A stretch of DNA of 63,161 bases, the filler included, from Octopus bimaculoides (Eukaryota), in the NCBI RefSeq assembly GCF_001194135.2. It is 12 parts of 8 records of this genome, joined end to end, with 100 filler letters (N's around TTAATTAATTAA, not from the genome) between each part and the next. Parts side by side here need not be neighbours in the genome. Positions count along the whole stretch, not along the records: positions 39,200 to 46,610 come from NC_068996.1; positions 46,711 to 49,116 come from NC_068995.1; positions 49,217 to 55,226 come from NC_069007.1; positions 55,327 to 57,883 come from NC_068991.1; 8 more parts are not named here. One strand, given 5' to 3'. The translations under genes were made by a program, and so were the position numbers. This document shows, in pieces, positions 43,260-56,671 of the stretch. The first letter of the stretch is position 1. Each line of letters begins with the position of its first letter. Under the pieces are notes generated by a model. The model worked only from the letters and a program-made list of their open reading frames with translations. It had not been told where the DNA came from and searched no databases.

Positions 43260-43560
43260 GGTAAATAGTGAAACCATTAATTATTCCGAAGCCGTATCAA
43301 CTCTATTTAAAAGTCGATTATATAATCATGCCTACTCATTCAAGAATCCACATACGCAAGGGACTACCTCACTACATGAATTTATTTAGGATTTCAAAAT
43401 GAAGAAAATCGGCTATAAATGTCTTGATTTGCTATTAAAGCAACTTTTCTCCGTACATTAGTATTGGATGTGGTAATGTAATATATACTCATTAGAAGCA
43501 CCAGAAATCCTCATGTATGAACATAGTCTAATAAATATGTGTAACCTATTATTAATTAGA
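43260..43560 (+). mobile_element. Penelope-like element GIY-YIG endonuclease remnant
   Basis: …VSTLFKSRLYNHAYSFKNPHTQGTTSLHEFI*DFKMKKIGYKC… resembles the FK.R..NH..SF…TSLS.YIW.LK motif of PLE endonucleases. Stops are present. Confidence 0.55.
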
Positions 43561-45299
43561 CGCATATATAAGTATGAAAGAAGTTTCAGCAATATTATAG
43601 TAACCCTAGCATTTTCCTACTTTTGTCCCTTTTCTCCTTTTCATCGTTTGACTCCCCATACCTCTATTTCGTTTTATCTACCTTCCCTGTAATGCAACAA
43701 TCATTAATGAATAAATAGGATTCAACTCCTGGTAACTCCCTACTAGTTAAATTATAAACCCCCGAAAGCATCATTATGGATTTCAAATTTTAAAATTTAA
43801 TATCTGTATGGTTCGAGACATTTTAAAGCTAATTCACTAATTAATTTGGCACCGATATCGCTATATAATTTCAGTCCTGTTCAATCGCGTGAATGCTCAA
43901 CTCCTAGACTCCCAATTTGATTATCCATTGCACTTTCATAATTTATTTCCCATATATTCTCAGCTTATTCCTCATATGTACCGATTCTGGATATAATAAC
44001 TGTTTACAATTTTCTGCGGCCCTATTTATACTTTATATATTTTATATATATTTATATTTCACGTCTTCATGTTCTTGCACATTTTTAATTTTTCAATATT
44101 TAATATATTTCATTCAGCCTATCTTTGTCAACATATTATAATCCCTACATTACCTCATTATTATAATCAGTATAATCTTTACAACCATTTCAGTTTCACT
44201 TAAAATATAGTTATCAGCTTGTTGTGTTTTGGGAGGGTCACTACACCAATAATAATAACACACGTACGGGCTGAATAACACTTCTTTATTGTTAGCAACT
44301 GGTTAAATATCTTACCAAGGTATGCTCTTTTTACTAGAACATTTTTATACCAACAACCTTAAAGACTAAATTTTAATTTTCAAATTAAATATTAATACTC
44401 ACTCTTTAAAATCTATACTTTCAATAATGGAGTTAAATCTTTGTTCTCTTCAGAATTTGTTTTTGAAAATTCTAGTTTTTTTTAAATATATTTTTGAAAC
44501 TTTTTTATTCGTTTTAATTTTATTAACCCATTAATTTTCTACACTTTTTCACAGTCTTCAATTTTCAACCAAAATTTTAATCGTTAAATCGTAAAATTTC
44601 TTTTAATGTAAATATTTCTTTAATTCTTTTGTTTTCATATTCTTTTAATTTCTTTTTTCCAATTCTAATATTTATGATTTAATTCAAGCCTCGGTTTGAG
44701 CTTAACCGATAACCAGTAACATTTTGTTATTCTATAAGTAGGTGGTTTAAGAATTTCAGTCTGTGAACTTTATTATATTCCTCACCGAATTCTCTTTCGG
44801 TACATATTCCAATATTAAGCACCGGTATTCTTGTCTATGTAGAAGATCAATATCATTTGGAGAGAAATGTTGAAGTTGATATACTCAACTTCAATATATT
44901 TTTAGCAACTAAGGTGGCGCGCTTGCAGGATCATTAACCTGGCGAGCAAAATGCTTAGCAGCATTTCGTCTGTCTAGGTTCAAATTCTGCCGAGGTCGAA
45001 TTTACTTTTCCACAGAACGAAAAGGATCAAGGAAAGCTATTTAAGAAAGAAAGGGTGGTTTGCATTTTTATTTTGCTAAGTTATTTCACTTCCAGTCACA
45101 ATAATCTAAGACTTTCCTCTGTAAAGCACTTTATATTTCCTTCTTTCCCTCTAGCTCTTCAACAAACTTTTTAACAATGCAATTCCCCTCTTCTTGTCTT
45201 TAACCTTTCTATCTTTCTCTTCACCTCTTACTTCAACTAACCAAATCAAAGACAGTATAATGCATCGGCTGACTGTCTGGCCTCTCACTCTTACATTCC

Positions 45300-45810
45300 C
45301 ACTTCCTCTCTCTCACTCCACCTCCTCCTCTCTCTCACTCCACCTCCTCCTCTCTCTCACTCCACCTCCTATTCTCTCTCACTCTACCTCCTCCTCTCTC
45401 TCACTCCACCTCCTCCTCTCTCTCACTCCACCTCTTATTCTCTCTCACTCCACCTCTTATTCTCTCTCACTCCACCTCCTCCTCTCTCTCATTCCACCTC
45501 CTCCTCTCTCTCTCACTCCACCTCCTCCTCTCTCTCACTCCACCTCCTTCTCTCTCTCACTCCACCTCCTCCTCTCTCTCACTCCACCTCCTATTCTCTC
45601 TCACTCCACCTCCTATTCTCTCTCACTCCACCTCCTCTTCCCTCTCACTCCACCTCCTCCTCTCTCTCACTCCACCTCCTCCTCTCTCTCACCNNNNNNN
45701 NNNNNNNNNNNNNNNNNNCTCTCTCACTCCACCTCCTCCTCTCTCTCACTCCACCTCCTCCTCTCTCTCACTCCACCTCCTCCTCTCTCTCACCCCACCT
45801 CCTCCTCTCA
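45300..45810. repeat. Minisatellite, ~20-24-bp unit CTCTCTCACTCCACCTCCTC
   Basis: More than 20 visible variant units, with a short N gap. Confidence 0.95.
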
Positions 45811-46542
45811 AACAAACTAAAGCGTAAAGTGTGAACGAACAAGTAGAAGTATAATATTATAAATTTAGTTCAATATAAAACATCTTTTTACTATCAACAT
45901 ACCACAACCGCCTCCATCATCGTCACTATAGTTTTCAGTAACAAAGCTCATTTCTTTTCAGTTCAGTTCAGCCGTTTGTTTATATCTACTTTTTCTTGCT
46001 GTCGATGTATCTCTACTCTGACAATACAAACGGTGTCCCGGTTTCTCTCTATCACTCTATCAATGTAACAACTTCCCCTGTCCATCTCTCTCTATATGCC
46101 TTCCTTTAACCTCACCACCAGAACATCACCCTCTACTGTATCCTAAGTATGTCTCTTTCACTTTAACTTTCTCTCCTCACCCTACAGCACGTCTTTAACA
46201 CTTTTCTTTCCCTCTTTATTCTCACCGTCTTTTTCTCTCGCTCTTCGCCTTTCCTTTCAACTAACCACGCGACGCATTTGGCCTTATCATACATCTTTCT
46301 CTACTGCGCACTCACTTCTTTCTTCTCTCCTACTACTACCGATTGACAATTGGTGTTGGTGCGTTTACGTCCCCGTTACCTAGCGGTTCGACAAAAGATG
46401 CAGATAGAATAAGTACTGGGCGTTTAAAGAATAAACCTTGCGGTCGATTTGGTCTACTGAAACGCCTCATGGCGGTGCTCCAGCATGACCGTAGCCAAGT
46501 GACTGAAAAACGTAAAAGAACACACACACACACACACACATA

Positions 46543-46610
<68 letters not shown>

Positions 46611-46994
46611 NNNNNNNNNNNNNNNNNNNNNNNNNNNNNNNNNNNNNNNNNNNNTTAATTAATTAANNNNNNNNNNNNNNNNNNNNNNNNNNNNNNNNNN
46701 NNNNNNNNNNTGGTAGTGGTGGTGGTGGTTGTGGTGGTGGTGGCATTGAGGGTGATGGTGATGATGATGATGAGGATGATGATGATGATGATGACTACGA
46801 CAGTGTTGACTACAATGAATATGATCTAGACGACCTCTTCCCATATCGATGCCTTTTATTTAATGAAGCTAACATAAGTTATATGCTGGAAGCCGTCAGT
46901 GAATGCTTGAAGTTAGAGCGGAGAGTATAATGGCAGTAACTATGGGTGATATGTGAACAAGGCAAAAAAAAACAAAAAAAACAAAAATGACATT

Positions 46995-47265
46995 TGATCA
47001 ACGGAACAGCCTGCTCGTGACATTAACATGCTAGTGGCTGAACACTCCACAGACACGCGTAACCTTAACGTAACTCTCAAAGTGATTCAGTTTGATACAG
47101 AATGTGGCACGGCCGGACTATTTGCATTACGGGTACAACTCATTTTCGTAGCTGCGTAAAATGGAAAAACGTGAAAGAAAGTGGCTTCCTCAAGTACACA
47201 AATTGCCGCCAGGAATCGAACTCGCGACTATACGATCGGGAGCTGAACAGCCTAACCACGAAGCC
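46995..47265 (-). mobile_element. OR-type SINE, diverged
   Basis: tgatcaacggaacagcctgctcgtgacattaac…ggaatcgaactcgcgac…cctaaccac. Confidence 0.75.
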
Positions 47266-47299
47266 ACGTAGATTCTATTTAACAAGCACCAAGGTACAT

Positions 47300-48080
47300 A
47301 ACATGAATAAGATCTGTCCAATGAAATATTCAGGTAGCATAGGCCATGTGAGATTGAATTGTATTTGACCTGTGAAGTGAACAAGTGAAAATGACAGACA
47401 TGTTTCGGCATCTTTACATTGATTTTTCTGACACTTAAGAACATGGCTGACCGTCTCTCTATCTGACCATCTCTATATCTACTTGCGTATTCAAAATTAC
47501 TTTCGATGATGATATGTGTTTGCAATTTTAGGCATCGTTACACCTCCTCAATGAAGAATATTCTGACGTGAGTAAATAACAGGTATGGAAAGTGGGTTAG
47601 TGCAGCAAATAAAGATGATTATGATTATAAAACAAAATAGTTGATTGTATATTTCACTACTTACTTATTCAAGCTTACTATTAGCAAAAATATTTTTTCG
47701 CAACATATTTGTTTCGGCATTATCACGCCTTCTCAGTGATGAATATTTCTATTTGACAAGGGTAAGAGTTTTCAATCTATAGGGAACGAGAATGAATGCT
47801 GTGTATTTAATTATTATCACCAACAAAATGCCTGCTTGTCTAACTAATTAATCAAACTTACTGGAGATGATGAACGGGCAAATTTCGAGAGTACTACGCC
47901 TCCTCAGTGAAGCATAGTCTTATTTGACAAGATTAAGTGTTTTCGATATGTACAGAAAGAGAAGAAATGTAGCGAAGAAGATTATGAATACCGACAAAAT
48001 GATTATCTGACTAACTATTTATTTATTCAAACTCTCTGGTGATGATAATGTGGATTTGTTTACCGCTATTTTCCTGTAAC
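47300..48080 (-). repeat. Degenerate ~170-185-bp tandem array with hammerhead-ribozyme-like cores
   Basis: Minus-strand anchors: TTGAGGA-GGTGT-AACG-ATGCC-TAAA (47551-47527), CTGAGAA-GGCGT-GATA-ATGCC-GAAAC (47736-47711), CTGAGGA-GGCGTAGTACTCTC-GAAA (47907-47883), GCC-GAAAC-ATGTC (47409-47397). Confidence 0.6.
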
Positions 48081-48475
48081 AAGTTATCTGAAATTTCTGT
48101 AGGTCGCTCTATAATAAATGGCATACAATTTAATCGATTTTTTCACTCTTTCACTAAATATCCTCTACCTACATTACGATACCAGTCTACTTAAGAACAT
48201 ATATATGTATATATAAACTTACATAAATACATATCGATCTATGTATCATCTTAACATATATGCACTATTGCTACGGCAGTTAAAGATAGATACACATACA
48301 TGTGTATACATTTATATAATAATATCCTGTCAACCACGCGCTCGTTCAAGAATTACTTTTCATTTGTCTCTTCTCTTAAGAAAACAACCAGCCGTAATTC
48401 GTGTAAATAAGCTATGTGTACAATACAATTCGATATACATAAGAAGTATAACTATATATACGCATATATACATAC

Positions 48476-48534
<59 letters not shown>

Positions 48535-49071
48535 TATATATATATATATATATATGTATATGTAAAATATATATAATGCATTAAACTTCGTAAGTATTCA
48601 TATATAGAATCACACAGTCACACACATGCAATTGTAGGCACATATAGAGATCTTCCTCTCTCTATGCTATGTTCTCAGTGAAGGTTTTTCTCGCAAATAT
48701 TATTTCTCATTGTCAAGAAATCAAAATGCACTACTTTATTTATATAAGCTATATATACAGCCTATTATGTTTCCTTAACACTTGCCTACCTGCCTACATA
48801 CACGCGCAAATATATATATATTATCTATGAATGCAGCTATATAAATAGCCCGCTTTATGCACTATATGTATGCATCTGTGTTTATAAGTAGGGGAACGAG
48901 AGTTATATACAAAAATAGACACGGATACAATGTAAACTGCTTAAAACCCTTAAATATGATGGCTTTAAACAACGCCACCACACATTCAAACACAAAGAAA
49001 TAATCAGGCAATGTATTCAAACAGACATATATACAACTTGCCACATACACCATAGCAGAGTACATATATAC

Positions 49072-49116
<45 letters not shown>

Positions 49117-51086
49117 NNNNNNNNNNNNNNNNNNNNNNNNNNNNNNNNNNNNNNNNNNNNTTAATTAATTAANNNNNNNNNNNNNNNNNNNNNNNNNNNN
49201 NNNNNNNNNNNNNNNNGGCCTGTTCGATTAAGGCTAGCCTGGTGTTAAACAAGAAGCCAAGTTAAAGCGTTACAACCGGAAATTGAAACCGCGTTGGGTA
49301 GACCAGGAAGCTACCTTATCATTCCACCGCCACCGTCGACCCCCTTTACTTTATAAGTCACTGCACCTTCCCCCACCATCAGTTCTTTTCCTCTTGTACA
49401 GGTACCGCCCCCTATTTACTTCCTCCTCCTCCCCACGTGCACTCGCTCTCACATTAATTACCTCCCTTTATTGATGGCGGTAAAATATTGAGTCTTTTTG
49501 TTGTTGTTTTTTTTTTTCCCCCAAAATTGGAAATTTTCCGTTAAATCAAACGCTTTAAACTATTATTATTATTAAATTCCAAGTTCAAATTTCGCCGAGG
49601 TCGACTCTGCCTTCCATCCTTTCAGGGTTGATAAAATAAGTAACAGCCAGCTACTAGGGGCGAGGTAACCCCGTCTTCCCAAAAACTGCTGGCACTAAAC
49701 CAAAATTTGAAACCATTATTATTATTATATATAATAAAAGAAAACCACCATCATTTTTATTAGCATTACGTTCTGAATTCAAATTCCGCCCAGGTCGATT
49801 TTGCCTTTCATCTGTTCAGGGGTTCGATGAAATAAAGTACCAGTTAAAAACTAGGGTTGATGTAATCGGCGAACTCCTCCCCCAAATATTTCAAGCTTTA
49901 TGCCTCTATCAGAAAGATTTACTATTACTACTATTATTATTAGGTTTTCTTTTCATTCATTTATCTATTCAACTATCATTTTTACCTGACACAATCGCAA
50001 GACCTACTCAGTACTAGCACTAAACGCTCCCTGAAGATAGGGTGGTCGTGGCTGGAACGCCTTCAATCTTTGGCCTGCTCGACAAGAGTAGCAACAACGA
50101 TCTTTTGTCCGTCTTCCAAAAGAAACGAAAATTCTAATAATTTATATTTATATATTTAATTCTCAAATCATGTGTTGAGCTTTTTGAAGATTTTATGTTC
50201 AGTTCAAATGTAACCCTTAAGAAATGGAATATGTGTTAATTGCTTGAATTATTTTTCGTAAAATTTTAAACTAATTACACGTATTTGGATAAATAAGAAA
50301 CATTAATTTAATTATTCAGTTGAGTAATTAGCATCATGAAGACTCTTCAAGTCCTATTACATTGTAGTTGCACACTTTTAGAAAGAGAAATATCTAAATT
50401 ATAACAATAATAGTTATTATTATTTTAATTAGGCACATGGCTAATATTTACAGACGAAGTTGATTGAATCGATATCCTCAATACATAACTGGTACAAATT
50501 GCATTCTTTTTCCCATAAACTTTCTCCAAGAACGATCAAAATCCTTCTACACACAAAAACCACAGGAATTCCTCCAACAGGGTCAGAAGTCCTTATAAAA
50601 AAAACGAGGTAACACGTAGATGGGCAACAGGAACGATCCCACCCAACGCCATGGCCACTGTCTTGTAGTAGTAGTTGTAGTAGTGGTTTAACCTCCCCAG
50701 GATATCGCAGTGAGCGAGCCAGCCAGCCAGCCAACCTTACGTTTCAAAGCATTGCCACTGTGACCATCTCGTCTTCTGTGGTTTGTGTCTTGGAAGGACT
50801 GCATAAGGCTACATTAATGTGCCCCCTTTTTAATACAGCAGAGTGTGATTTCAGAATATGGCTGCTATTTTTAGCAGGTTTAATAGCCACTTCATTCAGT
50901 GTTTCTAGGACTGCATTGTATCCAAAGCCATCAACACTGCTTCATTATTATAATAGTAGTAGTAGTCGCAGCAGCAGCAGTAATAGTAGTAGTAAACTAA
51001 GGATGAGGAGGGGTGGGGGGAAAAATTTATAAAGCATAATTAAGATTTCAGAAAGAATAAACAAATAAAAGAACATGTTGCCGTAC

Positions 51087-51275
51087 CTCTGATTCTGGTT
51101 TCAATCCTACGTCTGTCGTATGGAGTTGATCACCTCCTCCTTCATCATCATGTCCTGAGGCTGGAGGTGTTGTTAATGATGATGATGATGATGGAGGGGA
51201 AGAGGCGGAGGATGCTGATGGTGTTGTCGGCGGTGGTGCAGCAGTGACCGTAGCAGCATCACTTCCTAGATCCAT
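51087..51275 (-). CDS. Probable first coding exon of a minus-strand gene (possibly the P5B ATPase), Ser/Pro/Thr-rich disordered N-terminus
   Basis: ATG-initiated open frame MDLGSDAATVTAAPPPTTPSASSASSPPSSSSSLTTPPASGHDDEGGGDQLHTTDVGLKPESE ending at donor GAG|gtacgg (phase 0). GC/CpG-richer than its flanks. Confidence 0.55.
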
Positions 51276-53087
51276 TGGTAATAATCAGTGTGAAAAATTA
51301 ATTACTAAAACAACAGTAATGAATGATAGTAGTACTTGGTGGTGGTGATGGTGATGATGATGAGGGTGGTAGTGGTTGCGATGGTGTTTTCTGATTTATG
51401 GTGGTGATGATGATGATGATGATCTTGCTGTAGTTTGGTTTGAATTGAAATATAACTCAAAAAAACTCTTCGACAGGTCTTGGTAGCAAATTAAATGTTG
51501 GCGTGTGTTGTCACTTGGTGAAAATATATCCAAACCAACAAATGGCTGTTGCATCAAGTTTAATCAAATTAACATTAAAGAGGTATATTATTATTATTAC
51601 GAAGAGAATCTTAGATATATACATATACACACACATAGATGTGCATACAAGCACACATATATATGCATATATATATATAATTTAGGGGAATACTTAATCA
51701 GACAACGTACCTTCCCTTTTTTTTCTTTCTCTCACCCCACTGATGTTAAGGGGTGTTTGTCTGTCTGTGTGTTGAATACTTTAAATAATGTCTGCGTGTG
51801 TTTGTGTTTTTGTTTGTGCTTTTTTCTCTCTTTCTCTTTTGTTTGTTTGTTTAAAAGTCTCAAAAAACTCAAACAGCGCACCATCCATTTGAAAAAATGT
51901 TCCACAGGGTGAAAAAGCAAACTGACAGTGTAACTCTATGTGTCGTACGAATGTTCGGTTTATTATTATTATTAAACATAATATTGTGTTTTCCCTGTGT
52001 AATCTTCATATTTCGAAGCATCGGCTGGCTTAAAAACAAACTTAAAATCGTATTTACATACATTCATACAAGCAACCAACCAAGCAAGCACTCAGCAAAT
52101 ATTTTCTTCTTCCTTTGGTCTGTTTCTTCTGTTACCATTTTTTTGGTATGCATTAAAGATCCTTCATTCCTGTGCTTCTTTTGTTGTTCTCTTTGCGTAT
52201 TTTTCTCCTAAACTTGCTTAGCTGCCACACATTTTACACAAGCATGTGTGTGTATATATGTAGATAACGAGGTATGCATGCGTATACAAGTCCATCATTA
52301 CATATTCACGGTTCAATGTTGAAGAAGAAACACAAGAAAAAACAACTTAAATAAAACCAACTGGGGGGTGATAGCGGAAGGGTTTTGTTTGTACAACATT
52401 AAAAAAAGGGGGTGGTTCAAAAAATGTGCGGTATGTTTCCCAAATATTATAAATACACAGCAAGCTGTGTAAGGATTCGAATGTATTAAGTCTCATGGCC
52501 GCCACACATAAGACATAGGGGCCTCGATTTCAGCCACTTTAAATTATTTAACAAATTATAAAATCGAAATTTTACACGAAGTGCTTTTTAAAATTATCGT
52601 TCAAATACATTAAAAAGTCAGAATATGCAAATTAGATCAAAAAATAAGCTAAAATTATATTTCATGTTTTGTTTGTTTTTTTTTTTGCTGTTCAGTCTTC
52701 TCACGGAATAATTATTACCTCCCTTGTCTGTGTTTTATTTTTGTTTTTTAGTTTGTGTGAGGAAAGGTTTTATTAAAATTAAACCAAGTTTCAGAATTTT
52801 GTTAATGAGATATCTAATTAAAAAAACACGAAAAAGCAATAAATGTGATAGATGTATTTATTTTTTTATTTTTCATTGTAGTTTATAATGCTGAAAACCA
52901 CTTTGCTATTAAAATTTTTAAAGAAAATTATTCATTATGGTTAATTCTCTAATTTACCAAATGTCTTCGTGCGAATAAAGAATATCATATACCAATGGTA
53001 TATGTCATAATTTCTAACTTAAACACAAGTGGTTGTTGATCTTGTTTTAATGTCCATGATACCCATAATGCCCGTCTCTTTTACATT

Positions 53088-53667
53088 CCGCCATTTTTAA
53101 ACAAATTTACTTTCTATTCAGATAAAACAATTATGTCTTTTAGAGAGATAATCTCGCAACGAATCTACTTTGCCACCAGACTCGAGTCTCCCATTAAAGC
53201 CCTTCTGCTTTATTACCTAGCTTACGTTTCTCGAAAAGTTTGAATTATATCCTCCATACTTGCATTTCCTTCTTGCCAAAAATCCCTTACGTTTCATGCC
53301 TCCATAAGACATTTTCAAGTTGACTGCTTTCAATAACGACATTCTTTAAGCAGTCGTGGCGATCGTCGAAAACCCAGATGAGTTAAAATAAAGGCATAGT
53401 TTCAATTCCTCTTTGAAATCAATTCATTTTTTTGCTCATTGCTAATGTTCTTGGCAAAAGCCATAATTCTTTTGCCGTAGAACAAAGTTTTTTTTTGTTT
53501 TTTTTTTTTTGCCTAACCAATCGCTCCCACCTTTACCAAAAATATGGTATATTTAAAATACTGTTGATTTTGCTTTTTAAATTAGTTTTTATAAGGTTGA
53601 ACTCAGAAATTACTATCTTTCGATGTTGGTATATAATATGGCGGACAAATTACAGTAACTATCGGAT
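53088..53667. promoter_or_regulatory. Candidate bidirectional promoter
   Basis: YY1 motif on minus (plus CCGCCATTTT, 53088-53097) and ATGGCGG on plus (53638-53644), pointing outward. CCAAT at ~53517 lies between them. Plus donor GAT|gtgagt at 53667/53668. Confidence 0.45.
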
Positions 53668-54684
53668 GTGAGTGAAAAGCATAATTGGGAGCAAAAATCA
53701 ACAATGAAAACACTCATCATAAAATGCACTTGATTTATTTTAGTGCTTTTTTTTTTTTTAATTATGCATATTTTCGTGACAGAAGATAGACTATGAAATC
53801 GGTCCATTTAAAAAGCTCATTTTACAACCACATGGTTTCGGTTTCAGTACTACTGCGTGACATCTTGAGCAAGTAGCTTCTACTATAGCTCCAGGTGACC
53901 AATACTTTGTGAGAGAATTTGGTAGAAAGAAAATGTGTGGAAGCCTGTCGTATGTATGTATATGTATCGTATAACTTGCGTATACAGTTGGCTGTATGAC
54001 TGCTACTGTTAATTTTAGAGCTCTACGTAGATTTTTTTTCTGTTCCAGTCTGCTTTCAGTGTTGTATTTTCGCCTATCGTCCTTTGTATCCATATACGTG
54101 TGTGTGTTTGTGTTGTCCTCTACAACCGGTGTTGGTTTGTTTATGTCAGCGTAACTTAACGTGTTTCAACGAAAGTAACTGATTGAATAAGTACCAGACT
54201 TTAAAAAAAGAACTACAACACAAGCACTCTCATACATACACATAGCTACAGACATACATACATACATACTCTCCTACATACACATAGCTACACAGATCAC
54301 ACTTGGATACACATGCCTACATCATCATCATCATCATCATCATCATAACATCCACTTTTCTATGCTTGCATGGATCAGACAGAGTTTATTGGGACAAATG
54401 TTCTATGACCAGATGCCCGTCCTACCACCAGCCCTCACCTATTTCCAAATCAGGTAATATGCAATATGAGACCCAGAGAAGAAAGAATTCTGCCTAATGC
54501 CTGCATATGCAGTTTCTCCATCCATACATGTTTTGCAAAAGTCATTGTTGTTATACAGGCAGAACACAGCAATTTAGAAATTATCAATTTTCTAAATGTT
54601 GCAAGATCTTTAATATACAAAGTCCAGATGTAATTGTAAGCCTCTAGCAGGATTGCGTTGAATGTATCGTGTGTGTGTGCTGGC

Positions 54685-55062
54685 GCTCTGTCGCTTACGA
54701 CGTCGAGGGTTCCAGTTGATCCGACCAACGGAACAGCCTGCTCGTGAAATTAACGTGCAAGTGGCTGAGCACTCTACAGACACGTGTACTCTTAACGTAG
54801 TTTTCGGGGAGATTCAGCATGGCACAGAGTGTGACAAGGCTGACCCTTTGAATTACAGGCACAACAGAAACAGGAAGTAAGAGTGAGAGAAAGTTGTGGT
54901 GAAAGAGTACAGCAGGGTTCGCCACCATCCCCTGCTGGATCCTCGTGGAGCTTTTAGGTGTTTTTGTTCTATAAACACTCACAACGCCTGGTCTGGGAAT
55001 CGAAACCGCAATCCTTTGACCGCGAGTTCGCTGCCCTAACCACTGGGCCATTGTGCATCCAC
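54685..55062 (-). mobile_element. OR-type SINE, full length
   Basis: Aligns along its whole length with 840-1218, with scattered substitutions. Confidence 0.88.
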
Positions 55063-55074
55063 ACGTCAAATGTA

Positions 55075-55226
55075 TCATCATCATCATCATCATCGTTTAA
55101 CGTCCGCTTTCCATGCTAGCATGGGTTGGACGATTTGACTGAGGACTGGTGAAACCGGATGGCAACACCAGGCTCCAGTCTGATTTGGCAGAGTTTCTAC
55201 AGCTGGATGCCCTTCCTAACGCCAAC
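55075..55226 (-). mobile_element. Young RTE-like 3' end with (GAT)n tail, truncated by a gap
   Basis: Identical to 29172-29403 over the shared length. Confidence 0.75.
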
Positions 55227-55875
55227 NNNNNNNNNNNNNNNNNNNNNNNNNNNNNNNNNNNNNNNNNNNNTTAATTAATTAANNNNNNNNNNNNNNNNNN
55301 NNNNNNNNNNNNNNNNNNNNNNNNNNTATATATATGTACATATGTGTATATGCATAATTAAATAAATTTATATATAAATATATATACGTTATATATATAT
55401 ATACATGTATAGCATACACACGTACCTTCAGTCATTCATTCGTTCATACATGCATGCATACGTACATTCATACGTGTATGCATCCATATATGTATATTGA
55501 AGTCAATTATGTTTGGTGCGAGAATGCCAGGAATGGATACGATGTTATTTAGAATGAGCGGTCTAGAGGTGAAGGGTCAGAGATTTTCCATTTTTATGTG
55601 ATATCCGAAACTAAAATATATTACACGTTAGTTTACATCAGTCGAGTTGCAATTAATCAAATGATACACGCGTAGACCCACACGCGCATGCATATGTCTA
55701 CATATGCATGCACACATTCTCATAAACCTATATATATATGGTCATTCACAAACATAAATACACACATGTACACCCACACACAGACGTAGAATAGAAAGAC
55801 CCAGAGATACGAACACATTTGTAAGCTCGACTGCTTTTACTCCGAAATTATATATACATTAACATAATGTAAATG

Positions 55876-55912
<37 letters not shown>

Positions 55913-55922
55913 NNNNNNNNNN

Positions 55923-55977
<55 letters not shown>

Positions 55978-56337
55978 TTATATACTTGTGTGTGTTTCTG
56001 TGTGTGTGCGCGCGCTTACAAATAGTTTTATAGACACATGTGCATGCGCGGTGTATGTATGCATATATATACATCCATCCATACATGCATACATACATAC
56101 ATACATACATTCATACATATGTACGTGTGGTTTCTGTGCCTTATAAGTAGTTCTTTAAAAAGCTCGATGCTATTGCTCAAATTTATTCCGTGTAATAAGA
56201 GATTCTAATTGTTGGTTCCCGTGTAAAATGTTGGCAGAATTACCATATTACACATTAAATCAACTCTTATTAGCATCGACTGATGTATACATACATACGT
56301 ATCTACATACATACATACATAAATGCATATGTACATA

Positions 56338-56371
<34 letters not shown>

Positions 56372-56582
56372 AATCCCGTTCTGTCTGTCTGTTTGTGCGC
56401 TTATATATATATGTTTATGTATGCATATGTATGCATGTTTGTGTGTGTGTCTGTGCGCGCGTGCGTTGTGTGTATGTACGTAATTCTCTTAGCTTCCAGA
56501 TTCTTCAGTGCTATGCTATCATCATAACGGGCAACGAACCTTCTTCACACATATATGTGTGAATTATGCGTGTTTGTGTGAG

Positions 56583-56671
<89 letters not shown>

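Noticed and set aside
44316-44358. Possible minus-strand phase 1-1 mini-exon (CWYKNVLVKRAYL) with GT-AG ends
   Set aside because: Lies in decayed AT-rich repeat-like sequence with no homology support. Such sites are expected by chance.
49216-49480. CpG-containing patch with CCGGAA and CACGTG motifs
   Set aside because: The motifs are short and no linked exon could be defined, so this is insufficient to call a promoter.
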